Source: the human T2T-CHM13v2.0 reference genome, Homo sapiens | Length of the DNA: 64,000 nt | Strand: one strand, 5' to 3' | Assembly: GCF_009914755.1 (NCBI RefSeq) | Contig: NC_060936.1 | Shown: positions 27,486 through 41,584 of the stretch, piece after piece | Layout: each line of letters starts with the position of its first letter | How positions within the stretch are numbered: position 1 is the first letter of the stretch | The notes under the pieces: model-generated | Database searches by the model: none | The model's input: only the letters and a program-made list of their open reading frames with translations | What the model was told of the DNA's origin: nothing | Translations under genes and position numbers: made by a program

Positions 27486-27660
27486 AAAGGCCAGCAAACT
27501 TTTCTTGTAAAAGACCAGAGAGTAAATATTTTAGGATTTTTAGGTCATATAACCTCTGTATCAATTACCTACTTCTGCTGTTACACCCTGAAAGCAGCCA
27601 TAGACAACACATAAGCAAGTGGGTGCTGTTGGGTTTCACAAAAATTTTATTTACAAAAGA
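27486..27660 (+). mobile_element. MER58A-like hAT-Charlie DNA transposon fragment within L2 sequence
   Basis: cagcaaacttttcttgtaaaagaccagagagtaaatattttagg...aaagcagccatagacaa...ttttatttacaaaa. Confidence 0.75.
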
Positions 27661-28804
27661 CCACTGAAGCGGCAATTCATGTCTAATCCTGTAATCTCCC
27701 TCTCAAATCCATACTCCACATTTTATTTTCTGCATTGAAAAGAAAATCTGACTATATTTCTCTCTTTTAGTTGTTCTTTATTATTTGTAGATGCTCAAAG
27801 TTTGTCCTTCATAATGTAAGTCCTGGCTAAAATTTCAAATTTATTTTGAGAACCCCAGTATACTCATCTACAGTTCTAAAGTTACTAAAGTACTTGCAGT
27901 TCTTGGCTCCTTACTCATGGATTTGGTAAACATTTATTAAGTACATATTATCTGCCAGTGTGGACTATTTTCTTTTGTGTGAATCTCTCTCTAGACTGAA
28001 CACCTGGGGTGTGTCGATCTGGTAGCCCAAATTTGCCTCCTCCAGTTTCACTTAAGAGCTTCATATTTTTATTTACTTATTAAATTTTATAATCTTCCCA
28101 AGGTTTCATTTTTAGCTCTTGATTTTCCATCACTATATATTTGATCTACTTTTATCACTTCAATGCTCACTCATAGTTGCCTGAATCTAAAATACATATT
28201 CCTGGTTTAAATTTCTGCTTTAGTTTCAATTATGTATTTACTATTGTCACATGCAAATCCTTTGAAGACATCTCCAACTGAACATACCCAAAACCTGAAC
28301 CATTAGCTTCCTTTATTTCTTATCTTGATTAGCACAACTATTAAATCAATTACCCAAAGATTCTCGGTTCAATGTAATAAAGACTACATCTTAAGGTTGA
28401 CAGGAATGTTTATCAAAATTTGAAACTCAACTTTTATTTATTTCAGCTCATTAATACATTAAGGTGAACAGCCTCTGTTCTATCCACCTACCAGAGGAAA
28501 AGATAAATTCTCTGTGGATGAATATATTTTAAGGCTCTATATTTTTAATGAAAAATGTGATGCATTCTAAAGAAAAATAATATTAAGGTATGCTGAGAGA
28601 AAAAAAATGAATGACAACAATCCAAGGTTAAAAAAAAAAAGAAACACAAAGATACAAGTGATAAAAATATTGTAATTATGGTTAAGCATTTTTTAAAAAA
28701 TAATCATGATTGACAGTCAAAAAAGGAGATTAAAAAGGAGAGCGTGAAAATATAGGAAAGGTGTAATAAAATAGAATTAGAGTCTATGAAAATGAATTAA
28801 ATAA

Positions 28805-29489
<685 letters not shown>

Positions 29490-31725
29490 TTAATAAAATT
29501 ACTGTAAAACACAGACAATTTCAGAAGTGATCAGAGTGAAAAAGAAATATTATATTTTGAGAACAAAAAAATAGATAATTTGCTTCTCAACAGAAAACAA
29601 TAAAATGAAATATTTAAATGCTGAAAGAAAATAACTGACCACAGAATTCTAAACCCAGTGAAAACATTCATTAAAATGAAAGCAAATATGAAAAACTTTC
29701 ACTTCTAGCCATGACAAAATAACAAGTTCCCAACTTACATTCTGTTCATAAAAACACTAGAAAACTGGACAAAATATATGAAACAACTGCTTTCAAATAT
29801 TGGACAAGAGATACATAACTGCATTCCCCAAAATAGGGAAAGAAAAGAGTGTCACAACCATCCTGAAATTCTGCCTGGAGGCACTTTCTGGACTGTGGTT
29901 TAGAAAGGAGAAACTGAAGCAGTGCAAACTCAGTTTGCCTCTGGGTTTGTCTGACTCAAAAGAGACCATTTTGGACAGTCTGAAGCAGCTGGAATTAACA
30001 GGGAAGGGTACTGGAAAAGGCACCAAATAGAGATGGAACAGAGATCCTGAAGTCAGCATAGAGATTACTTTGACTCTTTGGCTGAATACTAAGATCCACA
30101 TGAGGGAAAAAGGGAACTTTCATGAGGGTGTGAATTCAACAGCTCACACAGGGCAGAGAAATAATCAGTTTCTGACCTACTCAAGCGGAGGAACTTTGCT
30201 GAACACCCAGAGCATTTAGTGGAGACCTCAGAGAGGTCATGCCTTAGGAAGAAAGCTACAGTAATCCTATAGTAATGGCTACTCTAGATGCACTCTAATG
30301 AAGCTAAAACATAAACCTTAAAATGAACAAGTTGATCTTAGATAAATAAATCTTCATGCCAATATAAAATTCAACACATTTCAAAAGAACACAACAATGC
30401 TCAGGTGCTCAACAATATAATATTCACAATGCCCTGTATTTTTCTTTCTATGATTAGGAGGAAAATCGTTAATAGAAAAATAACAGAAATAGCAGAGATG
30501 ATAGAATTAGCAAAAAGGACTTCAAAAGAGCTATTATAAGTTCAAGCATTTAAAGGTAAACAAACACATAACAGAGAAAGAAATAGAAGATAGGAAACAG
30601 AACAACATTCTGAAGTTAAAGGCCCACTATCTAAAAGGAAAAATGATAGGCTAACTAAATATCAAATAAGATACTGAGAAGAAAAGAACAGTGTATAAAG
30701 TGACATAGCTATAAAATTATCAACACCCATACTGAAACAAAGAAAAAGAAAAAGTTAAATATATAAGTTTTGGTTAACTGTGAGAATATTAAGAAGTCTA
30801 ACATATGTATAAGTGAAATCTTTATTAAAAACAAAATAGGTTTAAGGTGGGCAGAAGAAATATTTCAAAGATTAATGGCCCTAACTATAGACTGAAACTC
30901 TAAATCCATATATTAAAGAAACTGAATGAACCCAGCCAAACTAAAACAAACTTTTTGCAGGTATTTTTCCGTGAAAATTGTGAAACTAATTTTAAAAAGC
31001 ATATTGAAATGCAGAGGACTAAGAATTGTCAAAGCAGTCTTGGAAAAAATCAACAAAGTATGAAAACATACTACCAAATTCAAGGCTTATGATGAAGCAG
31101 CAATGTTAAATAAGATAGTGCAATATTGTCATAAGGACAAAGTAAACCAATTGAACAAGATATAGATTCTATTAACAGAAGAAGACCTGTTGCATATTGA
31201 TTGATGAGAATTGCTACTGCAGTGAAATGAGCAAAGGATCAGTTTAATAAATCCTGTTGGGTCAACTAGATACTCACATTGAAAAAAAAAATCTTGACCC
31301 CAACTTAAAGCCATACATAAAATGTAATTCCAGATGGAGTACATAAGTGAATGTTAAAAGCAACAAACAAAGCTTTTAGATGAAAATTCAGGAAATTGTC
31401 TTTACAACTTTGGAGTCAAGGAAGATTTCTTACAGTAGACACAAAACAAACCATCCATAAGGGCAAAATGCGAAACATTGTACTACATAGGAAAAAGAAC
31501 GCATGCCCAATATATTTTATTATGATGCTACAGTAACCTTGATATCAAAACCAGCAAGTATAGCTCAAGAGAAAAATTATAGTACCATCTTAGAAGACAA
31601 TAGGAATGCAAACGCTTCAACAGAATATTATCAAATGAAATCCAGTAATTGATTTAAAAATATTACATTATATTAGAGTTCATTTATTTCAAAGATGCAA
31701 ATGTAATTTAATTAAAATACCCATT

Positions 31726-32026
31726 GTCTAGGTACAGTGGCTCATGCCTGTAATTCCAGCTCTTTGGGAGGCTTAGGTGGGAGGATTCCTTGAGACCAGA
31801 AGTTATAGACTAGCCTGAGCAACAAAGCAAAACCCTCCCTCTACAAAAACTAAAAAATTAGCCAGGCATGGTGGCATACACCTACAGTCCCAGCTACTTG
31901 CAAGCCTGAGGCAAGAGGATTGCTTGAGCCCAAAAGTTCAAGGCTGCAGTGAGCTATGATTACACTACTGCACTCCAGCCTGGGTAGCAGAGGGAGACTT
32001 TGTCTCAAAAGCAACAACAACAAAAA
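31726..32026 (+). mobile_element. Alu (AluJ)
   Basis: gaggattgcttgagccc, aggctgcagtgagctatgat; TSD aaaatacccattg / aaaatacacgttg. Confidence 0.95.
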
Positions 32027-33767
32027 TACACGTTGATATAAATCATGTAAACCACATTAACAAATTGATAGAAACTTGCCCTCTCAGTATGTGTAAACAA
32101 AATAACAAACAAAAACCTAGACAAAATTCATCATCCATTCATGGTTACAATAATTAAAAAGTAAACCAAAAATAGAAGAGAACTTCCTTACCCTAATAAA
32201 TAACTTTGTCTAAAACCCTACAGCAAACATTAGATTTATTGGTAACATATTATAGCATTTTTCTTAAAGGGAAGATAATAAGAGTCCTTACTTTAAGTGG
32301 ATAATCCACCCAATGCAATAAGTAAGCATAAAAACTGAAAATGATAGATGTTGGAAAAAAACAAAAGCTACTTTTCATCGATTTTATGTTTGTCTCTAGA
32401 GAAAATTGTTAAAATCTGCAAAATATTATTATTAATTAGAAAACAGAATTGCTAGATACTTAATCCCTCTACAGAAGTTAATTTATTTCATTTTTATGAG
32501 GAAACATAAGTTTTAAAATAGTAGAATTTACAACATTAAAATTGGTATTAAATTAGATCTAGGAAAAAATGTGCCTTGCCTTTATTAGAAAATATATTAA
32601 ATTTTTATTGAAATGCTTAGAGGAAGAACCAAATAATGAAACTATAAGCCAGATTGATAGAATCAAAGTCAAAATAATGCCAATTTTCCTCAAAATTAAT
32701 TTTAAAAAGTAATAAATGATAGCAATAGATCAAGCAGGTTTTCGTTTTGCTGGAAATTTACAAGGGGACTCTAAAATATATATGAGCATGTTAAAGATTA
32801 AGAATAATCAAAACATTTTGGAAGTAGAAGCAAGAATTTGTGGGGAAATGCTCTTTCAGATATTAAAATATATTAGAAAGTTACATTATTAAGCAGTATG
32901 CTATTAATGCAGGAATAAAGAGGTCAAATAGAATGAAGACTTTTAGAAACGGATATGTGCATATATGAAAAAATGATAGAGCTAGAATTGAAAGTTGATG
33001 GGGAAAGAAGAGGCTCTCAATAACTGCTGGGAAACTGATCATTAGTGTAGAAAAATGGAATTAGATTATGTCTTATAGCATAAATAAAAATTATTTTTAG
33101 AAAAGGAAAGCAAATATAAAATGATTAAATTTTATTAACTTAGAGAGAATATAAAGAAAAAATGATAGAATTGGACTACACTAAAATAAATTTCTCATAT
33201 GAAAAGAAAAAACCTCCCTAAAATTCAAAATATGAGCCACAAGCTGGGAGAAGATATCAATAGTATATAGTAGCCAATGCAGTATTAATATTCAGACTAT
33301 CAAAAATTCCACTGAATCGAAAGGAAATATTTAAAAATAAATAGATTATGGGCAAAAGATCTGTGAAGGCATATCACAGAAAAGGAAATATGAATGGCCA
33401 ATAAATATGTGACATTGTTCTCAAATTTCTCAGTATAAGAAAAATATAAATTTAAATCTCAAAAATATATCATTGGTATCCGCCACACTGACAAAAATTA
33501 TTTAGATTTGTTGTGATTTATTTTCTTATTCCATGTAAATATAAACATCAGTGCCTAATTTGGGGCTATTTTGTTTTTACAAAATACCTTAAATTATAAA
33601 TATTTCCAATCTACAAAACCTGGATCCAATTCTTACCACAGGAGAAGCTTACCCAAGAGAAGCTTATGTATGTGTGACAATGTTCATAACAGCATTGTAT
33701 GTAATATAAAATAATCAGAATAATGCAAACATCTAAAGACAGAAGAATGGGTTTAAAATATTAACGC

Positions 33768-34376
<609 letters not shown>

Positions 34377-36697
34377 TTACATAAATAAATCTCAAATTTT
34401 ACTCTTTCACTAAGAAAGCAAGTGTCAGACGTACATATTAAAGCATGATTCTATGTATAAAGCATCAAAAACAGGTAAAACTAATATACATGGTAAAACT
34501 ATAAAGAATAGCAGTATAATGGTAAACACAAGATAGTAGTTACCTTGGTTGTGCAGCTAGGGAGAAATATCAGATGGGGGAGAGAAATAGGTGATGGCAA
34601 ATGTTACCTTAATACTTGATTTCTGAAGCTGGATTGTGGGTATACTGGTGGCTTTATTATTAACCTTTACAGCATGCATACTATTTCATAATGAAGTTCT
34701 AAGATTTCTTAAGCCCATAGCTAAAACTCAGTCGCCTCATTGATTAAAGAGAGTGACTGGAAAAATATCCCTACTCTAGCTTCATGGATTTCCCTTGGTG
34801 GTGATGTGATACTTACATTAATAGATGTGATTCAAACTGTTCCTACATAAATCTTTCAAGTTACTCAGTATTTCTAGAGTCTACTCAACTAGACTGGTAG
34901 TCCTTGAAATAGTCACAGCTATTTTTAATATATCTTAATTGTCTATTAACATTATCAAGCCATGGTATTTGAAGGCATGGAAGAGGGGGAGTCAGCCACC
35001 ATGTGATCTTCAAAAAATTACTTAACATTTCTGTGTCTCAGGTTTTGCAAAAATGTTTGTTTTTATTTATACCATTGGCTTCCTGATACTCAAATCTAGT
35101 TATTCAGTTCTACTTAGGATAGATGTGGGGACACACATCCAGGACATCTATGGTCCAGGAGATGTCGTTTTTTTGCACCCATAGTAGGTTCCCGCCACCT
35201 GGAGTGAAAGCATGCCCACAGACAGAGAACAATCACTCACGTCCCTATCACCTCTAGCATGTCTTCAATATCCAAAAGACTTAAATATACAAATGGAAGT
35301 ATGCCCAGATCCATGACAGACATTTCTGCTGGGGCCAGAGGCAGAAAACCTGGTGTCCTTACCCTTTTTATTAGTTCAATGTCCAATAAATGAACCTTCC
35401 TTTAGGAGTCCACCAATTTATGGTGCTTTATTTAGTATTAGGTGAACTAGGAACAAGTAGTACAGATTGCATAAAATATTGAAGCAAACCCATATGGTCC
35501 GCTCTGCAAAAAGCCATCCAGAAGTGTCCCGGAAAGGATCAAATGTATTTTTCAGCCCTTATCAGAACACTAAGAACCACTGCAGAATCAAATTTCAAAG
35601 TAGAGGTTTTGATTGTCTACCATCCTTCTCTTCACAATTGTATTATTAAAATAGTTTTATTTTGTTGAAAACACAGACTCTTCTCCCACTCACACTCAAC
35701 CCTCTATGGCTTTTGGTAACTCGATTAGTCTCTCTGGACACACTTTTCAAATAAGTTGAATGAAGCAGCTGAACTATAATTCTCTGTGTGTTCAATTAGA
35801 TAGAAATCCTTCCTCTGATTTCAAAGGGAATTAATGTAAACTTTAATGTTGCCCTTGCTTTATTAGCAAACTAGTTTTCACCACGGTATATTCCTTTTAT
35901 CATAGAGTATTTGAAACATATATCATTTGTTTCCTTTCTAAGACCTTTAGCTAACATTAGCTCAAACTACTTTTATTTTGCCCCTGAGATAGATTCACCT
36001 AAATGATATTTTCCTTGCTAACCTCAACAGCCTGACACAGTATATTACTTTTTGAGTAACTGTCCTCCTTTTCATTTCCAATACTTTCTTAGCCACGTCT
36101 TTAAGAAAAGGCTTTTGTAAAGCCACATAGAAAACTACTAGCTCTTTGTTTTCCTTTCTTTGGAAATTGTGAAGTTTCATCGTTCAATTATGGGGCTCTA
36201 ACTCTCTGCTCCAGAGACTTGACTCCCATCAGTATTCATTTTTTTTCTTCTCCCATTTCTAGAGCCTCTTTATTAAATTCCATGGATGTTCAGTATAAAA
36301 ATCAACACAGCTAATTTCTAATCTAATTCTGATACAAGGAGCCTTCATGTTTTTTCTTTACCAATTGGTTACAAAATCACTAGCAGTAATCCCAGGACAA
36401 ATGATCTTGAGAAAGATGAATGGAAGAGAAATAAAAATGATGGCTCTACTGTCTTCAAGAGCATTTTCTAGAAAACAAAACAAAACAAAACAAAATAGTG
36501 TTCATCATTTTTTTTTGCCACCAGAATTGGATATTTCTTAATTTGAAAGAATAATATAAACAAATGTTTTTATGAAAAAAAAGCTTAAGTATCCATCCCT
36601 AAAAACTAAATTATTCATCTCGTAGATGATTACAGTGTAAGACTACTACATGCAAGACAGATGACTGTTGTCATTTTACGTATTAAAAAAGTTCTGT

Positions 36698-37016
36698 ATC
36701 CAGGCGCGGTGACTCATACGTGTAATCTCAGCACTTTGGGAGGTCAAGGTGGAAGGATCACTTGAGCCCAGGAGTTCAAGACCAGCCTGGGCAATATGGC
36801 AAAAAAAAAAAAAAAAAAAAAAAAGAAAGAAAGAAAAAAAAAAATTAGCCCAACATTGTGGCATGCACCTGTAGTCCCAGCTACTAAAGAGACTAAGCTG
36901 AGAGAATCACCTGAGCCTAGGAATTGGAGGATGCAGTGAGCCATGATTGAGTCACTGCGCTCTAGCATGGGCTACAGAGTTAGACACTGACTCCTCCCAT
37001 CAAAAAATAAATAAAA
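36698..37016 (+). mobile_element. Alu (AluJ) with expanded middle A-tract
   Basis: ggatcacttgagcccaggag; A-rich run 36801-36844; TSD core aaaagttct on both sides. Confidence 0.94.
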
Positions 37017-37184
37017 GTTCTTATAACATGAATTAACACCCTTCTACCTTTAATGCTCATAGGTGAGGAGTCTATGGCTCACTATTGGCTTAAATGGATG
37101 AGATGATGGGAGGAAACCCAATAACCCAGAAATCTGGAAAAAAAAAATAGTAGTAGCAGAAGTAGCAGCAATGATAATGATAAA

Positions 37185-37415
37185 ATGATAATAATAGTCA
37201 TTAAGTTCTTGCTATGTGCTTGGAACTAGCACTTTATGTGCACTGCTTTTTTTAATCCAGAAAAAAAACCTAATGATAAATGTTGTATTCTTATGTACAT
37301 ATTTTAGATGACAAAACTGAGACTTGGAGGGGTTTTGTACATTTTTCAAGGTGGCATAGCCAATTAGTGGTGAAGCTGGAATTCTACCCAAATTCTGACA
37401 CCAGAAAACATTTAA
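37185..37415 (-). mobile_element. MIR
   Basis: attttagatgacaaaactgagacttggag...caaggtggcatagccaattagtggtgaagctgg. Confidence 0.75.
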
Positions 37416-37674
37416 TTAATTATCTGTCCTGCAAAGAGACCAAAAAGTCAGTATCTTGAGAAACACAGATATAAAGTGAAAAGAATAGTAAGATCTGCAT
37501 CTATATAAAAAATAAACAAAAAATAGAAAAATTTAGAGAAGTCAATTATTTTTCTTTTTTAAAGAAACAATCCTGGGTAATGATATTTATAAATAGCTTT
37601 TACCAGACAACTACTGTGGCTACTAAAGATATAAAGTTTAATGATGTATGAGTCTTAATTAAATGTAACTCTTT

Positions 37675-37973
<299 letters not shown>

Positions 37974-39211
37974 GGATTAAATGTAACTCTTTAGTATCAT
38001 TGATCAACCAGGTAATTCTGGCCTTTCCAACAACCTGCAGAATTTTCTTGATACCTCTCTCACGTTAAGTATTCTTTCTGTGGTTTACAGAAACCTTGGC
38101 TAAGTTTCCACTTAATGAATTTCTAGTTCTAATGTCCCTAATTCCCACTCTTGCCATAAGACACACTTTCCTCCTCAGTGCCCCAATCCAATTTAGTTTC
38201 TATTCTGATCCTGTAGCCTAAAATAGATGGCAAAGGAAGCATGAAAGTAGTAAATAGATGAATCCAATAAAAAAGGAATAAAGAAAATATTGAAAATGAG
38301 ATCTTGATCAGAGCAAAATGTGAAGAAAAATTAATAACACTTTTTTAACGAAGAAAGAGGAAACAAAACATTAAACAGATTTTGTAAAAGTTCTGAAAAT
38401 AATATTTTTAAAATACCATACAATCAGGGGATAAGTTAATTCTCAACAGCAAAAGTACTCTAGATGTAAAAGTACTTAAGAAATGGAATGATAAGAGTGA
38501 CAAAGAGCTCTCTCTTTGTCTCTACAGAACAATTGACCCGATCTTCCTTTTAATAAAAATGAGTCTGCTTCAATAGGCAAAGAGATGATACACACTTGCG
38601 GCAAAGTATAATGTTGTGTCAGCCCAGTAGATCCAGGAGGACGTCTTCAACACATTCCCAAGAGCTTGGAGAGAATTTAGGAATAGGAGGGAGAGTTAAA
38701 ATCTTAGTATAGCTACAGTCACCATATAAATAGAGTCTTCTTATTATTTATGTACAGAAAATGTTATCAATTCTAAAGTTAAGCACAATATACATGTAAA
38801 GCCCATTTCTTATTTTAACCTGCAGTCTCCCTCAAGGAACATTGGGTTACAAACTTCTGATACCATTCATGTTGCCAAGGATTCTGGCCACTGAAATAGA
38901 AAGATTGCTAGGTAAGATGTGAAGTAAACAGGAAAAGAAATTGACTAAAATATTAATGACAAAATCAGTGTCTGGAGCAAAAATTTTAAAATCTGTATTT
39001 GTATTCTATTGACTAATTTATTCTAAAATAAGCATACTTTTTTTCTACATGCAGCTATTGGTAAATAGGATAAATGTGCCAGTTTTAATCACTGGAATCT
39101 AGAAAGTATGCTAGGCATATATTTAGAATAAAGATCTATATTAAGTGGATATTATAATAATCTTCTCATCCAAAGATATTTATTGGACAACAAAATTACA
39201 GGGTTACTTAA

Positions 39212-39358
39212 TTCTTCTTCGTCTTCTCTTCCTCCTTCTTCTCCTTTTCCTCCACCTCACCATCCTCCTTCTCCTCCCCTTCCTCCTCCTCCAACTTCTT
39301 CTACTTTTTATCCTGTCGTTTTTCTTCCTTCTCTGTCTTCTCCTCCTCCTCTCCTTCA
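39212..39358 (+). repeat. (CTT/CCT)n low-complexity pyrimidine tract
   Basis: ttcttcttcgtcttctcttcctccttcttctcc... Confidence 0.85.
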
Positions 39359-40449
39359 CTAAATAACTGAAATAAAATTTAGACCAAATTCTTTTATCTT
39401 ATTTCTCCAACTATGAAATGATTTTAAAATAAGGTTTGGAGACTATTTTGGAAAATGGAAAGTGAATATTTACATGAAGTCACAAGTCTGGGGTGCATTA
39501 TTTTCACACTTCTACCTCTAATGTTAAACTTCCTATTATTCAAGCATAGCCCAAATACAAGTGTTTGTCACTTAGAAGGATATATTTATATCACGTTGCC
39601 TTCTTTTCCCGTATACTTAGAATAAGGATCTTAATCTTAAACATTACATAAGTAGAAGAGATTTAATTAAAAACTTGAAGAAATGTGTTACTGTTAATTG
39701 AATTCTTGCTACATTTACCTTTGCACACCAATGTTAATAAAACTCCAGTTCAAAGTGGATGGGTTTGGGGAATTGAGATAGCTATTTATTTCCCTACCTG
39801 AGATGCCAAGATAATCTTCTCAGTAAAATAAAGAACCCAATTAGGAGAGTTCTCATTTGTAGCTATTGATCAAGTTTACACAAAATGCTAGGATTTCTAA
39901 ATAAAACAAATAAGAGGTTCAAAGGCCTTTAAACGAGGTTGAGGGAGGGAGAAAGGGAAATAGTTCTCTCCGTTTTGAAATCCTTTCACCTGTGGAGCAG
40001 ATAATGGACGGGCCCCTCTCCCAGCTGGGCTCCGCTCCCGCCCCTAGCCTGGCGCGCGGTCCCTTCCCCCACCCGCTGAGCCTTCCTGTTCGGTATTTCG
40101 GTATTACCAAGCTATAAATTGCCTGAGAGCTTAGAGACAATCAGGTCACCACCGCCCTCACAAGGGAAAAGCTTCTTACTTCCGAGCAGAACGGTTCAGC
40201 TGGGAAGAGAGGAAGCAGGGAGAGAATCTATGCTTTAGTCGTCACTGCTCTGGCAAGGGGTCGAGAGAGATGGGGGAGGGAGGTGGCAAAAAATAAAAAT
40301 GAAAAAATAAAAAAGCATCTCCAACAATGTTGCACTTGACCCAAGTGTACAAACTTATTGGTCGCTGCAATGGAAACTCCCAGTGCACTCTCCACGGCCT
40401 GGCAGCCGCCGCTGATGGGTGGAGTCGCGCTCCCGGCCCCACCTATGGG

Positions 40450-40811
40450 ACGGAGCTGCTTCTCCCGCATCTCGGCTCCACCGCACCCTTCGCGGGAAGT
40501 CCCCAGGCTTCCAGCAAAGCTCAGCTTATCCCGCCCCCGCTTCCAACCCGGAACCCCAGAAGAACAGCATGATGAGCCTCCGGCAGCCAGGTGGGCCACC
40601 TCCCCGCGGCTCAGTTTGAGGACACTTGTGCGGAACCCTTTCACATCCCCACCCTACCCAGCTTTCACAACTCCGCCGGGTTAAATGGCCAAAGACAAAC
40701 TTCTACCTCTCCTGTCCCCGGTCCCAGCTTTTCAAAAACCCACAGCTGGCGAACCCACACACATCGAAACTCCTAGGTCGCTGTTGCAGTCTGGGCATGC
40801 TCAGTATCAGG
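40450..40811 (+). other. SYT1: Candidate upstream alternative non-coding first exon (start approximate)
   Basis: GC-rich block ending in a good donor CAGG|GTAGGT (40811/40812); gene identity from recollection only. Confidence 0.45.
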
Positions 40812-41107
40812 GTAGGTTTTGATTGAGAGTAAAAAAAAAAAAAAAAAGCTTTGTATTATGCTCTCTTTCTCCTGTGCATACTGCTTGCTGAACAGCTTGT
40901 GGGGCATTCCTGAGTCTACCTAGAGGTTTTATCAGACGCCCTTGATTGTGTCTCCTTGGGATCTGTTCCCCTCTTACTTCACCCCCTCCCCCAACCCGCC
41001 TCCACCCCGCTTCCCAGGTCCCTGTCCGCTGTGGGGATGGAGAGACACTAACAGAACTGGGATGGGCGATGTTGGCTGAACGGATCCACCTATTATTAGT
41101 GCGCGGG

Positions 41108-41148
41108 GATTGGCTCCTTGGCGCAGCGTACCCGAGGTGGAGCCAATC
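41108..41148. promoter_or_regulatory. Inverted pair of CCAAT (NF-Y) boxes
   Basis: gattggctcc (41108-41117) and ggagccaatc (41139-41148), ~100-140 bp upstream of the presumed TSS. Confidence 0.7.
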
Positions 41149-41248
41149 AGGATGCTGGGGCTCGGAGATGATGGGCGGCCGCCTCCTCACTGGAGGGATT
41201 CCTGGAGAAGCTGCAGTGTGGGGATGCTCTAGACCGAGTACTGCCCCC

Positions 41249-41584
41249 AGTGTCTTTCCACCTCCTCCTGCAGCAGCGGCAGCGGCAGCAGCAGTTAGCA
41301 GCGGCAACTTGAGGCTGCACCCCGGGCAAGTCCCCAGGGTGGTGCTCAGCCGAGAGGGGGGCTTGGCGCCCCGAAGGGGTGTGTGTAGGGTGGGGGCGAC
41401 CAGCTGGGACCAGCTGGTGGCCCTGGAAAACCTCCCACACACCCACACCCACACACCCCTTTTGTGTTGCAGGCTGCCCCTCCAAGAGCGGAGGCAGCGA
41501 GAGTACGCGTGTGCCTCGCGCCGGTCCACGCGGGGAGAGCACTGGGGACCGAGACCCGGCACCACCTCCCGGTCCGCCCTCCAG
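41249..41584 (+). other. SYT1: Non-coding first exon (5' UTR), probably synaptotagmin-1; start approximate
   Basis: Lies in the CpG island downstream of CCAAT boxes; Inr-like cCAGT at 41249; no ATG in the interval; consensus donor CCAG|GTAAGG at 41584; identity recalled from memory, not verified. Confidence 0.6.
41271..41307 (+). repeat. Interrupted CAG/CGG trinucleotide run in the 5' UTR
   Basis: cag cag cgg cag cgg cag cag cag ttag cag cgg caa. Confidence 0.85.
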
